Origin: Octopus sinensis
Lineage: Eukaryota
Length of the DNA: 64,000 bases
Reading direction: 5' to 3'
Assembly: GCF_006345805.1 (NCBI RefSeq)
Contig: NC_043001.1
Coordinates: 20,336,001 to 20,400,000, forward strand
In this document: positions 38,113-51,053 of the stretch, piece after piece
How the letters are laid out: each line of letters opens with the position of its first letter
Numbering within the stretch: the first letter of the stretch is position 1
Notes under the pieces: model-generated
What the model was told of the DNA's origin: nothing
The model's input: only the letters and a program-made list of their open reading frames with translations
Databases searched by the model: none
Program-made: the position numbers and the translations under genes

Positions 38113-38654
38113 CCCTTTTGTTACCAACCCGGCTGAAACTGGCTCTGGCTCTGAGTAAAAATGTCTTGTTTTCATAAGTTTTGAATTAAAATCTTCCACC
38201 AAACCTTAGTCACAATTTATGTTCCTAACACTAGCTGAATGATAACTAAGTTATTTTACTAAATTCTTTTTTTATATCTAAAGTAATTGAAAGAAACTCA
38301 GCTCTGGCTCTATAGTACAAATGTCTCGTTTTCATAAGTTTTTAATTAAAATCTTCCACCAAACCTTCGTCACAATTTATGTTCCCTAACACTAGCTTAT
38401 TGATAACTAAGTTATTTTACTAAATTCTTGTGTTATATTTAAAATCAATTTAAAGAAACTCAGCTCTGGCTCTATAGTACAAATGTCTTGTTTTCATAAG
38501 TTTTGAATTGAAATCTTCCACCAAACCTTAGTCACAATTTATGTTCCTAACACTAGCTGAATGATAACTAAGTTATTTTACTAAATTCTTTGTTATATCT
38601 AAAGTAATTGAAAGAAACACAGAGCTTCTCAAAATAAATACAGCAACGAAAGGG
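38113..38654. mobile_element. piggyBac-like MITE with triplicated interior
   Basis: CCC...GGG termini, TTAA on the right and TCAA on the left; three internal units of about 160 bp starting near 38141, 38301 and 38463. Confidence 0.8.
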
Positions 38655-40072
38655 TTAAACAAACACCAAGAATTTTTGCAATTTTCAGTCTGTTTTCTGT
38701 TTGGCACTGAGAGAAATTATTTGAAAATTAATAAAAGTTTTCTAAGAATTAGTAGCAGTTTTTTAGTGGCTAGTGGAAAAAAAAATAACCAAATTTATGA
38801 AATTAACATGAAAAGTTTATTCATAAATACCAATAACTTTTGAAAATACATTTAATTATATATGTAGAGATATGGCTGTGTGGTTAAGAATCTCATTTGC
38901 AACCATATGATTTCAGGTTCAGTCCCACTGCATGGCACCTTGGGCAAATGTCTTCAACTACAGCCCCAGCTGACCAATGCCTTGTGAGTGAATTTAGTGG
39001 AGGGAAACTGTGTGGAAGCCCATTGTATATACATGTGTGTGTGTGTGGTGTGTGTGTGTGTGTGTGTCTGTGCTTGTTACCCGACCCCACTGCCAGACAA
39101 CTCAATTTTGGCTTGTTCATATCCCTGTAACTTAGCAGTTCAACAAAAGAAACTGATAGAATAAATAAGGCACTTTAAAAATAAGTACTGGAGCCAATTT
39201 GTTTGACTAAACCCCAGCATGGTCACAGCATGCAAGATGGTGAGATGGTATGAGGGCAGTTGCTATGGCACTGAGGTAGATCCAGCCACTCCCGTTAATG
39301 GGTAAAAAACTCGAATTCAAAATGATGGATGATGAACAAAGTGCAAAAGTTTCTACTAACATAACAAATGCTTCTGCATGTTATAGAGAAATTTATAGAG
39401 TGTAAAAAGCTAAGCAAACAACTCTAGACTTGTTTTTAAAAAGAAATCTACAAGTCTGTCTATGAGTGCTTGTGAATCAGCGATCGCGTCTAAAAGTGAT
39501 GGTGTGTGAGTGAAAGTGATTCAAAAAACGATCATATTTTTTATCATAACTGATCTTGACACATTCTTTTTACTTAAGATATTCTTTACATTCTACTGTT
39601 GCTTTACAGCCATTTATTTATGAGTATTACTCTTTTACTTGGTTCAGCCATTTGACTGTGGCCATGCTGGAGCACTGCCTTTAGTCGAGCAAATCGACCC
39701 CAGGACTTATTCTATCGGTCTCTTTTGCCAAACCGCTAAGTTACGGGGACGTTAACACACCAGCATCGGATGTCAAGAGATATTGGGGGGGGGGACAAAC
39801 ACATACACACAAACATATATATATATATACGACAGGTTTCTTTCAGTTTCTGTCTACCAAATCTACTCACAAGGCTTTGGTCTATTATAAATTTTATAGG
39901 TAAAGATATTTTTCTGGGAATGAATTGATTTATAACATTGCTACTATGGGAAATTATTGCTCTGCTTTACAAGTTTTTTCCTTTACAAGCAGCCTCCAGG
40001 AACAAGTTAACTCGTATATCAAGGCATTACTGTATACAGACAAAAAAGAAAGAAAGAAAAATGATAACTTAC

Positions 40073-40167
40073 TCAACAGTGATTGAAAGATAGTTGCTTC
40101 CCTTAGAGCTTTTGCGGATGATAAATTGACCTTTCTTAGCTGGAAGGGAATTCATGAACCGAGTGGC
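40073..40167 (-). CDS. Coding exon of SH2/WW-like gene (ATRFMNSLPAKKGQFIIRKSSKGSNYLSITV)
   Basis: Acceptor tttacttttgtgcag, donor GTTGA|gtaagt, 95 nt, phase 0 to 2. FIIRKS corresponds to the SH2 FLVRES motif, with the pTyr-binding Arg retained. Confidence 0.85.
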
Positions 40168-41154
40168 CTGCACAAAAGTAAATAAACAAACAAATGAAAT
40201 AAATATAAGACATGAAAAAATAATAGGAGAAAAACAGAAAACAATACAAATACAAAAATGATGTGTAATATACAGAAACAATTTAATGATTTAAAATAGC
40301 TTTAATTAATACGTATTTCACTGCTTCTTTGTTTTGATATTGGGTGATATTCGTAAACAAGTGCCACTGTCAAGCAAGCAGTGTCCTTCATTTCCAATCT
40401 TCTGTGAAAACATGTCTTGTCATGGGAGAATATTACTTTGCTTGGAAAGAGATGAGGGTTTATGACAGGAAGGGCATCCAGTTACAGAAAACTTTCCTCA
40501 ACAAAATTCTGTCTGACTCATGGAAAATTGGGAGTTAGGACAAGCCGAACGTGGCCGTAACCCGTGGCCTCTACCTGGGATGTAGCCAGTCCACTTATGC
40601 ATACCTTTCCTTCTTGGGACACAAAAACTCTGCTTGCAAAGACCTGTTGAGGCAAGTGAAATCGAAATCGATCAAAAATCAATGGAAATTGCAGTTGTGA
40701 TACCAGTGCCGGTGACACATAAAAGCACCAACCAATCGTGGCTGTTGCCAGCCTCGCCTGGCATGTAAAAAGCACCCACTACACTCACGGAGTGGTTGGC
40801 GTTAGGAAGGGCATCCAGCTGTAGAAACACTGCCAGATCAGACTGGGCCTGGTGCAGCCTCCTGGCTTCCCACACCCCAGTCAAACCGTCCAACCCATGC
40901 CATCATGGAAAACGGACGTTGATGATGATGATGATGATAATTTACCAATCATGATTCCATACTATTGTTAGTGCAGTGTAAAGTTTACTGTATTCAAGTA
41001 TTAGTTCTAAATGATAAGTACCAACTTTGGTTGCTACTTTTCTTGAGCACAGGCATGGTTGCACTTTAGAAGTTTTTTTCATAACCATGTGGTTTCAAGT
41101 CCAGACAACTACATGATTTCAGGTTCAATCCCACTGCATGACACCTTCGATCAT

Positions 41155-41635
41155 GGTCTATGAGGGTAGTCGATCAGCGAAGGCTGGAGGTGTTCGACAA
41201 TGACTGTCTCCGCCGCAATCTTCGCTGCCGACGCATTGATCAGGTTCTTACAGCCGGTCTTTGTCATCGCCTGAATCTCCGGCTTCTCCCTTCGGTGCTT
41301 CTACAACGGCACTTAAGGTGGTTCGGTCATGCGGTCCAGTGTCCAGAGGGTGAGCTGATTCGCGATGTTCTCCTCCCACCTCCACTACCCAGCTGGCGCA
41401 AACGCACTGGCTGGTAGCTGAAGACCTAGGCAACGACAATAAAGGAGGACCTCTCTGAACTCTCAGGTCTGCAGGTGGTCAGTCTGCGCAGATGGAACCG
41501 CGAATGGCTTGCTATCTCCAGTGACCTTGCACAGGACTGTCGAGCATGGGCCGCCATGGTTCGTGATGCCATCAGGGCTAGAGAAGAAGCCGGCTCAACC
41601 CACGCCGTCACAAGTACAAGCAAGTACAAGTACAT
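41155..41635 (+). mobile_element. RTE/BovB-like LINE 3' end
   Basis: RRLEVFDNDCLRR...LRWFGHA...WAAMVRDA and a (CAAGTA)n tail. Confidence 0.8.
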
Positions 41636-42049
41636 GGCACCTTGGGCAAATGTCTTCTACTATAGCTTTAGATTGATCGATACCTTCTAAGTGAAATCTA
41701 GAAGATGGAAACTGCGAAATATCTCAGTGCACGTGCATGTGTGCATATCTTTCAGTATACTGGCAAAGAGTGCAAACATTGGCAAGAAAGCCAAAAATTT
41801 GAGGTTTGTCTTTTTTGAACAAAGTGTCTTGCAATGTTTGCTCTGCTTCAAGTTACAGATAGCCCTTTATCACCCTCAGCATAATATACTGAATCTATAA
41901 CTGGCCCATTAGAAACCTACAACCAATAATGCTATTGCTGACAATTGTGATATAAAAATGAAATAAAACTAAAGTAATAAACAAATGCACATATAAATAT
42001 CAAGTTTTTCAACAAGAATAATGTTAAAGTAAGTTATAGTTTCCTTGAT

Positions 42050-42450
42050 AGCTTAGCTTCCCAAATCTTACATCCAATCATTTCCATACTAACAACCAGA
42101 TTTTAACTTCAGAACTATCCGGAATTGACTACTTAAATGTACCTGCCTCTCTGAGGCAATAGTTTATAAAGCAAGTAACTTTCACCAATGAGACTTAGAA
42201 ATTACACTAGACTTATGGAGAATACTTTTTAAGATCAAACAGAGCTACCATATACATTCAAGTAGAGAAAGGGCTAATTACACTTCTCTTTCTCATATCT
42301 GGAAATTAAGGGATAGCAGAATTGAAAACATCCCTTTAGTGGAGAATATTATAGACGCAATATTTCTATACACTAATAAAGCAAGAAAAATGAATTCTGT
42401 GTTTATCACAAAAGCTCCATAATTTGATATAACCACCAAGATCACTGACT
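42050..42450 (+). mobile_element. Degenerate Penelope-like GIY-YIG remnant
   Basis: LSEAIVYKA...GLMENTF...SLSHIWKLRD recognisable across stops and frameshifts. Confidence 0.5.
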
Positions 42451-45400
42451 AGGGAATCTGAAATTTTATCCTTTTGCCTTCATCATTCCTACCAATAAAT
42501 TTAGAAACTCAAAGAGGATAGACACTGGTTATAAATCAATTGGCTGAAACTTCCTCCTCTTCCTTGCAATTATCCACCACCAGCAGCTTTCACTTGGGCA
42601 TGGTCTTACTTCCCACCAGACTCCTATTGGTAAATGAAAACCATTCTAATGAAATTTTCCATTAGCTTACACTAACTCCCTCCAGTCCTCCTTTTGCTGC
42701 CTACATTAGCCAAACAGAATAAATTTGCAGAGCACAGGATACACTCTGAAACTTATTCAAATGTTTAATCTGTTCTTACTACGAACCACAGTATTTATGA
42801 CTCATGTTGCTAAAACTGTAGTAACTGTAACTTCAATGATCTTTTAGATAAATACAGTTTCCATTCCAGAAATCAAGCTTAAATGTATATAAATGTATGT
42901 GTTGAGTTATTAATAAGATTATAATTTTCAAGACTATTAACCTCATCTTTAGATATAAAACATCTTGATTGCACAGAAAGTGCAACTCAGGATACTAAGT
43001 TTTCAATGATGTTGATGCTGTTGGCCAGCCTTTATCAAGTAGATTTATGACCGAAAGTGTTCCAGATGTGACCAACCTGTTATGCTTTTTTTTCAGCACA
43101 GTGTATCTAGCATTACATTATCCAATACATCCTTCCCATTTTTATTAAGAAAGTAGAGCTTCAACCGGGGTAGATTTGGCTACTATTTTTAGCAGACAGT
43201 GTGACCACATACACACTTCTTAATGGTTCATAGGTTCCCTTCTGTTAGTATGGAAAGTAACTCTTCTACTTCTTTTGTTTGTATTAGTGTTTACCTTTCT
43301 TTTATTCTTTTATTGATTCCAGCCAGAGGTTGTGACCATACTGGAGCAGTGTCATTAATGCTGAGGCACTACCACAACATTTGAGCAAACATTAGATAAC
43401 AGATGAATATATTAATATATATTAAGATAAAGTATTAAATATAGACCAGCCTCAGTATAATGGCAATGCCCAAGCAAGGGCACAGCCTCTGGCTGAAGCC
43501 AATAAAAGATGTAATACAGACTGCACCAAACCCACCCCCAGTGCCACCCACCAAACTAATCTAATCACTACTTTGATTCTGTTTGAGAGTCCATCCTGTT
43601 GTCCCCAAAAGTACAGAGACTAGAAAATGAAAACTGTATGGTTGTGTAGTTAAGAAGCTCACATTGCAACCAGATGGTTTTGGGTTCAGTCCTACCAAAT
43701 GCCAGCCTGAGAAAAATGTCTTCTACTTTAGCTCCAGACTGACCAAAGCCTTGTGAGTGAATTTCATCAAATTCAATGAATGGCATCCGTGCTGATGGAG
43801 CGCTAAGAGTACCATACAAGCATGATCATTGCCAGAGCCAGAAGCTGGCCTCTGTGCCGGTGGGCACGTAAAAACTACCATTCGAGCGTGATCGTTACCT
43901 GCGTCGCCTTACTGGCACTTGTGATGGTGGCACATGAGAAAAACATTCGAGTGAGGTCGTTGCCAGTACCACTGGACTGGCTCATGTGCAGGTGGCACAT
44001 AAAAAGCACCATTTGAGTGTGGCCGTTGCCAGTACCGCCTGACTGGCCCTCGTGCTGGTGGCACATAAAAGCACTCACTACACTCTCGGAGTGCTTGGCA
44101 TTAGGAAGGGCATCCAGCTGTAGAAACTCTGCCAGATCAGATTGGAGTCTGGTGCAGCCATCTGGTTTGCCAGACCTCATTCAATTCATCCAACCCATGC
44201 TAGCATGGAAAGCGGACGTTAAACGATGATGATGATGATTAGAAACTGTGTGGAAGCACATTATGTGTGTGTGTGTGTGTATGAGAGAGAGAGAGAAAGG
44301 GGATTGTGGCTGTCGACCCACCTACCAGATGCCATCCAACATTTGACAACTGGCTTTGATTTGTTTACAACCCTGTAACTTAGTGGTTCAGCAAAAAAGA
44401 TCAATAGAATAACTAATAGACTTGAAAGAACACAAGTACTGGAATCAATTTTTTTCAACTAAAACCCTTCATGACAATGCCCCAGCGTGGCCACTGTTTC
44501 AATGAGTGAAACATCTAAAACCAAAAGACAATGATCAGAAAACCAAATATTTTTTCTTATTAGAATGTTGCTATTAAATTTTTGCTATAGACACAGGAAT
44601 GGCTGTGTGGTAAGTAGTTTGCTTACCAACCGCATGGTTCCGGGTTCAGTCCCACAGTGTGACACCTTGTGCAAGTGTCTTCTACTATAGCCTCGGGCCA
44701 ACCAATGCCATGTGAGAGGATTTAGTAGATGGAAACTAAAAGAAGCCCATCTTATATAGATGTGTGCGTGTCTGTGTGTGTGTTTGTCCCCTCACGGTTG
44801 CTTGACAACTGATGCTGGTGTGTCTACATCTCTGTAACTTAGTGGTTCGCAAAAGAGACTGATGGAATAAGTACTAGGCTTACAAAGTCCTGGAGTCAAT
44901 TTGTTCGACTAAAAGCAGTGCTCCAGCATGGCCACAGTCAAATGATTGAAACAAGAATAAAAGAATAAACGCTCTATTCAATAGGCCATAATACTAGATG
45001 AGCAGCAAGCTAAATGAAAAAGAAATCTAGTGACACAACGCCTGAAAAACAATATAAATACATTCACATGTAGTTACATAACAACACAATTTCTGTTAGC
45101 TATCAGTAGATCAAATAGTCATGTATAATGCATTTAAATAATGAGTGCATATGGCAAAAATTGTTCCATTTGTTTGCCTTGGTTAATTTCTAAGTTAATT
45201 TGAACAATATATTCCTTCCAGTTATGCAATGGAATGTAGCCATATTTGTTATCTCAATATTTTGTAAACAATTTTTTTGAATACATTATTCTAATGAGAT
45301 TAAAATAGGGTGCAAGTGTGGCTGTTTGGTAAGAAGTTCGCTTCCCAACCATATTGTTCTGAGTTCAGTCTCACTGCATGGCACCTTGAGCAAGTATCTT

Positions 45401-46543
45401 CTACTACAGCCTCAGGCCAACTAAGGCTTTGTCAGAGGATCCGATGGACAGAAACTGAAAGAAGTCTATTGTATATATATTTACGTGCGTGTGTCTTTGT
45501 TTATCCCCTATATCATTGCTTGACAACCAATGTTGGTATGTTTACATCCCCATAACTTAGTGGTTTGGCAAAAGAGACCGATAGAATAAATACCAGGCTT
45601 ACAAAGAATAAGTCCTGGGATTGATTTCTTTGACTGAAACCCTTTAAGGCAGTGCTCCAGCATGGCCAGTCAAATGACTGAAATAAGTAAAAGAATAAAG
45701 AATGTGTGTGTGTGTGTGTCTTAGTGTTTGTCATCACTACACCATTTGATAACCAGTCTTGGTTTGTTTATGTCCCTGTAACTAAGTGATTCAACAAAAG
45801 AAACCAATAGTATAAGTACCAGACTTAAAAAATAAGTGCTGGGATCAATTTTTGATTGACTAAATCCTTTAAAGCGACACTCCAGTAGGGCCACAGTGCA
45901 ATGAGTGAAACATTTAAAGAATAAAAGAACAAACAAAATAGGAGAGAACAGCTTCATAATGTTACTGTTTAATTCAAAACAAGCAAACAAGCTTGAAAAT
46001 AATTTGCAATAAGGATTCATTCTTTTTCTTCGTTTTTGAAGCCATTCAATTGAATATCTTTAAAGATATTCTTTTCTACTCTAGGCACAAGGCCCCAAAT
46101 TTTTGGAGGTGGGGTGGGCAGTCAATTAGATCAACCCCAGTATGCAACTGGTATTTAATTTATCGACCCCGAAAGGATGAAAGGCAAAATCGACCTAGGC
46201 AAAATTTGAACTCAGAACGTAAAGATAGATGAAATACCACTTAGCATTTCACCCAGCGTGGTAACGTTTCTTATTTCTTTATTTGCCCACAAGGAGCTAA
46301 ACATAGAGGGGACAAACAAGGACAGACAAACGGATTAAGTCGATTACATCGACCCCAGTGCATAACTGGTACTTAATTTATCGACCCCTGAACAGATGAA
46401 AGGCAAAATCAACCTAGGCAGAATTTGAACTCAGAACATAGAAACAAACGAAATACAGCTAAGCATTTCGCCCAGCATGTTAACGTTTCTGCCAGCTAGC
46501 TGCCTTTATCCTTAAAGATATTAAAAAAAAAAAAAAAACTTAC

Positions 46544-46698
46544 CTCTTCTGAACTGCATATGTTCTTATAGAAGTAGGGCAAGGATTCAAAACTTGGTTC
46601 AAGGTTCAAATTCTTAAATCTGTTGCCTGATAAGGAATTGGGTGGTTGTAGGGTTTTGGTGTTCATGATATGGTACCCCCTCAAACCAAAATCATGCA
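46544..46698 (-). CDS. Coding exon of SH2/WW-like gene (HDFGLRG...LPYFYKNICSSEE; start of SH2)
   Basis: Acceptor ttttcttctttctttttcag, donor GAAGAG|gtaagt, 155 nt, phase 1 to 0. PYFYKNICSSEE resembles the SH2 betaA/alphaA start and joins in frame to the next exon. Confidence 0.8.
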
Positions 46699-46991
46699 CT
46701 GAAAAAGAAAGAAGAAAATAAAAACGGATTACACAAATTGTACATTTTTCTGGGAGAAACCATGCACTTCCAAACCCTTTAGCATTTAAGATTATTCTGC
46801 CAAATGTAATGCTTATTTATCCCCGTTATTTTGAATTAATTATGCATTATCTCATTAGCTTAGAGATTTTGATGATGTGATTGTTTGTTTTTTCTATTCT
46901 TAACCATCATTTCTCTCTCCCTCTGGAGTAGCCATATGTCTCCTTTACTGCAAAAGACACTGGTTTCTGTCCTTCTATTCATACTCTAACC

Positions 46992-47261
46992 CATAGATTC
47001 TCAATGTGGGTGCTACAACCCCCTGGTAGGTGTTGGGACGGTGTTTGGCAGTAGAGAAAAAGGAGGCATTGTGAGGAAGGCAGTGAATTAGGGGACGCTA
47101 TGAATTTATTACAATATTATTATAGTATTGTATACAAATTATGTAATATTATATTAAATATCAAATGATTCATAGTATATATAAATTAGTAAAATATAAA
47201 ATATTTATTCATACATAAAAATAAGGATGGGGCACTAGCCCCAAAAGTTTGAGAACCTCTG
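46992..47261. mobile_element. hAT-like MITE
   Basis: Termini catagattctcaa / ttgagaacctctg; 8-bp target duplication ctctaacc / ctctaact. Confidence 0.7.
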
Positions 47262-48579
47262 CTCTAACTCCCCTCATCTCCTGGCTCAAAGCCACCTCCC
47301 TGAACTGAGGGGGTCTTCTCTAGCAAGTTACTTGATGACATCACTACTGTTAGTGCCACATAAAAAACACCAAGTAAACTCTGTAATGTGGTTGGCATTA
47401 GGAAGGGCAGACAGCCACAGAAACCCTGACAAAGCAGACAATCAGACCCTGGTGCAGTCATCCAATTTGCCAGCTCCTGTCAAATTGTCCAATTTATACC
47501 AGGATGAAAAATGGATGTTAAATGATGATAATGACAACAATGATGATGATGAATTCAAGGAAGGTCTGGAGAAAGACTCTAGTAGATAGATATGTTAAGT
47601 GAAATCTCCTTTATGGGAGGGTGGGAGAATATGCACTAAATGCATCGTCTACAAAACAGGATGCAACTGAAGTGCAAATCCAAATTGTTGCTAAATTAGC
47701 GTCACAATATACATGAAGGAGAAATATAAGAGTCACTATGAAGGACATAGATGACAATGTAAACCCTTGAATTCAAACCCTTTCATGATTAATACTGATA
47801 CAACATTTGGCAAAATGTGGTCCGGTGGGGTTACCATGAATATATAAGTCCTTACCCTTGGTCTCACAAAGCCAGGCAACAATACCACAGTTATGCTGAT
47901 AAGAACGCCTTAACTCTTTTGCAACCATAGTATTTATAAATTAGTAAAATATAAAATATTTATTTATACATAAAAATAAGGGTATTTTGAGTGGGGGTTG
48001 TAGCCCCAAAACTTTGAGAACCTCTGCTTTAAATCCTCTCATCTCCTAGCACAAAGCCACCTCCCTGAACTGAGTGGTTGGCGTTAAGAAGGACATCCGG
48101 CTGTAGAAACTCTGCCAGATCAAGATTGAAGCCTGGTGCAGCTATTTGGTTCACCAGCCCTCAGTCATACATCCAACCCCTGCTAGCATGGAAAGCGGAT
48201 GTTAAACGATGATGATGATTTCTTTTGAAATACATTGCCATCATTTTAAATAAGTTTATAAATAAAAAACTTTAATAAAATGATTTGGGTGTTATGAAGT
48301 TGGTGCATGGAACATAAATGAAAGTGAAATATTAATGGAATGCTTTAATTTAGATCATTTTAAATCAGGAAGTGTGTTGTATCACAGAACTAGGGTGGTC
48401 TCAGTTTGATTTGGTATCAAATAGGTCAAACCTTAGCATTTAGAACAGAAAGTCTGGTTACACATGTAACAGTAAAAACCACTTAGAAACTTCCTGCCCA
48501 GAAGGCTTAAAAAAGCCAAAAAAAAAAACCAACTATCATTGTGTTACTGGTACACATATCTTCTCAACCATGTTATAAT

Positions 48580-49135
48580 ACAAGGTGAAGTCAAATTAAC
48601 AGTGTGGTACATACTGACTATGAGGGGATATAAAGAGTAAATAGCCTAGCGGTGTGGTACATGTTGACTGTAATGGGGTATAAGATCATCATCATCATCG
48701 TTTAGCGTCCGTTTTCCATGCTAGCATGGGTTGAACGGTTCGACCGGGATCTGGGAAGCCAGGAGGCTGCACCAGGCCCCAGTCTGATCTGGCAGTGTTT
48801 CTACAGCTGGATGCCCTTCCTAACGCCAACCACTCCATGAGTGTAGTGGATGATTTTTACATGCCACTGGCACAGGAGACAGAGGAGGCTGACAACGGCC
48901 ATGATTGGTTGGTGCTTTTTACGTGCCACTGGCACAGATACCGTAGGCGACTATTGTACATATTGACAATGATGTAGTGTAAGGTGAAGTCAACTTAGCA
49001 ATGTGCTATATACTATGATGCGAAATAAAGTGTAGATAGCCCAGCAGTGCAGTACATACAGACTATGATGTTGTACCAGTGTGGTATATATTGATTGTTA
49101 TGTTACATAAGGTGAACTTAACCTAACAGTGTGCC
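48580..49135. repeat. Degenerate minisatellite (about 50-bp units) interrupted by a family A repeat
   Basis: Recurring aaggtgaagtcaa...agtgtggtacata.tgact units on both sides of 48686-48935. Confidence 0.6.
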
Positions 49136-49187
49136 AGCTAATATCTAACCAGACACTGTGAAAGACTAAATGCTTCACAGTATTTAA

Positions 49188-49409
49188 CCCTTTTGATACC
49201 AACCTGCTTGAAACTGCTTCTGGCTCTGTAGCACAAATGTATTGTTTTCAAAAGTTCTGAATTAAAATCTTCCACCAAACCTTAGTCACAATTTATGTTC
49301 CTAACACTAGCTTAATGATAACAAAGTTATTTTATTAAATTCTTTGTTATATTTAAAATTAATTGAAAGAAACACAGAGCATCTCAACAGAAATATGGCA
49401 ACACAAAGG
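49188..49409. mobile_element. piggyBac-like MITE, single-unit copy
   Basis: Same family as 38113-38654; TTAA-CCC left end. Confidence 0.75.
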
Positions 49410-50162
49410 TTACTTATATCCCTTTATTTTCAGAGCTCAAATCCTTCCAAAGTCAACTTTTTAACTTTCATCTCTGCAGGACAACAAAATATGTCCGAGT
49501 TTTATTATGTAGTCAACTCTGCTTCAAAATTTACAAGAATAAGAACCATTTTATTATTTCTTTTTCTTGTTATAAAAGTAGAACTAAGATTCAAGTTATT
49601 AAACCATTTCTATTCCCGGTTGAAGCTATTTCTCTTCAACCACCTACAAGTCTGTCTGTCCAACCAACTGTGCATGTGTGCACACTTGCTTGTATGTTTA
49701 CTACATACATACATATACACATACAGTTTTGTTAGAAACTAACTCCTTCTTTATAGGAAGACTTCAAATAATTAAAAAAAGAGAACCTACATACATGAAT
49801 ATATATATATAATATTTATAAATACAAGACCCATTTCAGGTGTGGTTGATTAGCCCTGAATGAGCAAAGTTATTCCAGCCATGACCATCTTGTCTTTTCT
49901 CAAGAATTGTGTATCCTGGATTATATCATCCAATCTCATTTTATTTAAAATAGTAGGGTGCAATTTAAGGGAAATTAGGCTGCTATTTCTAGCAAGTCAA
50001 ATTTCACATAGAGCTCTCTCATTAGCTTATAACAACAGCTCTTGGTAAACACTACCTACAGGATGGTCAAGGCCATATTATATATATATATATAAAATTA
50101 GAAAAAAAAACCCTTTTATCAATTCAAAATGAACAATTAAATTACACCATCTAGATATATAT

Positions 50163-50200
<38 letters not shown>

Positions 50201-50589
50201 AGTATATTTATTAATTAATTATTTTATTATTCTAGTTTATTTTTAACCTGATGAGTAGCTATATTTATATCGAAGTGATTTCACTACTACTATAATCATT
50301 TCTTAAATATAGCCACAAAACACGTGTCATTATTCTACCAATTATATACGTTTTTATTATTTTTTTGCAATTTACTTAATCATTGACATTTTATTGTTAT
50401 TTTAATTTTAATATTTCTATTATATATAATTTTCTAGATGGTGTAATTCAATTGTTCATTTTGAATTGATAAAAGGTGGGTTTTAAAAAATTTTTTATAT
50501 AAATATTATATTGTGTGAAATTTGATTTAGTATTTCTAAATTGAATTTTTTTTCCTTGTTAGTTTGGGTTTTATTCCCTCAAATAATAA

Positions 50590-50645
<56 letters not shown>

Positions 50646-50648
<3 letters not shown>

Positions 50649-51053
50649 AGTAACCCCTGATGGCTAGGATGGCAAGCAAAATGGAAAAGGGATTTAACGA
50701 GAGAATTTCCCTCAAGCTTCTAGAATGTTCCAGACCTTTCTGGAAGCTTCCAGTTTATGTGAAAGTTGGGGACTTCTGGTCCATCCTTTATATAAAGGAA
50801 GAAATTCTAAATTCGTGCCACTCCGTGTCTGTCTAGCCTTAGGCCGGCATTGAGTCAAATCATTGCAATTTACACCCACTCGTGCATACGTTCACCTTTC
50901 TTACTTGGAGGCATGTAACTGCAAACAGAATGTAATCATGTAATGTTATAAACTTTCCTTCAATTAATCTTGTATGTTAACGCATTACCTCCAGTAATAA
51001 AAGTTATGACTTATTACAAGCGTCTCGTGAATTTCTATTTTCTTGTTGCTACA
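50646..51053 (+). mobile_element. Probable solo LTR
   Basis: TG...CA ends with an imperfect inverted repeat (tggagtaac / gttgctaca), internal TATATAAA and AATAAA, 408 bp. No target duplication visible because the left flank is (TA)n. Confidence 0.5.

Noticed and set aside
38113-38654. Regularly spaced repeats as a possible CRISPR array (also 48580-49135)
   Set aside because: Units are full tandem copies without unique spacers, there are no cas genes, and the context is eukaryotic.
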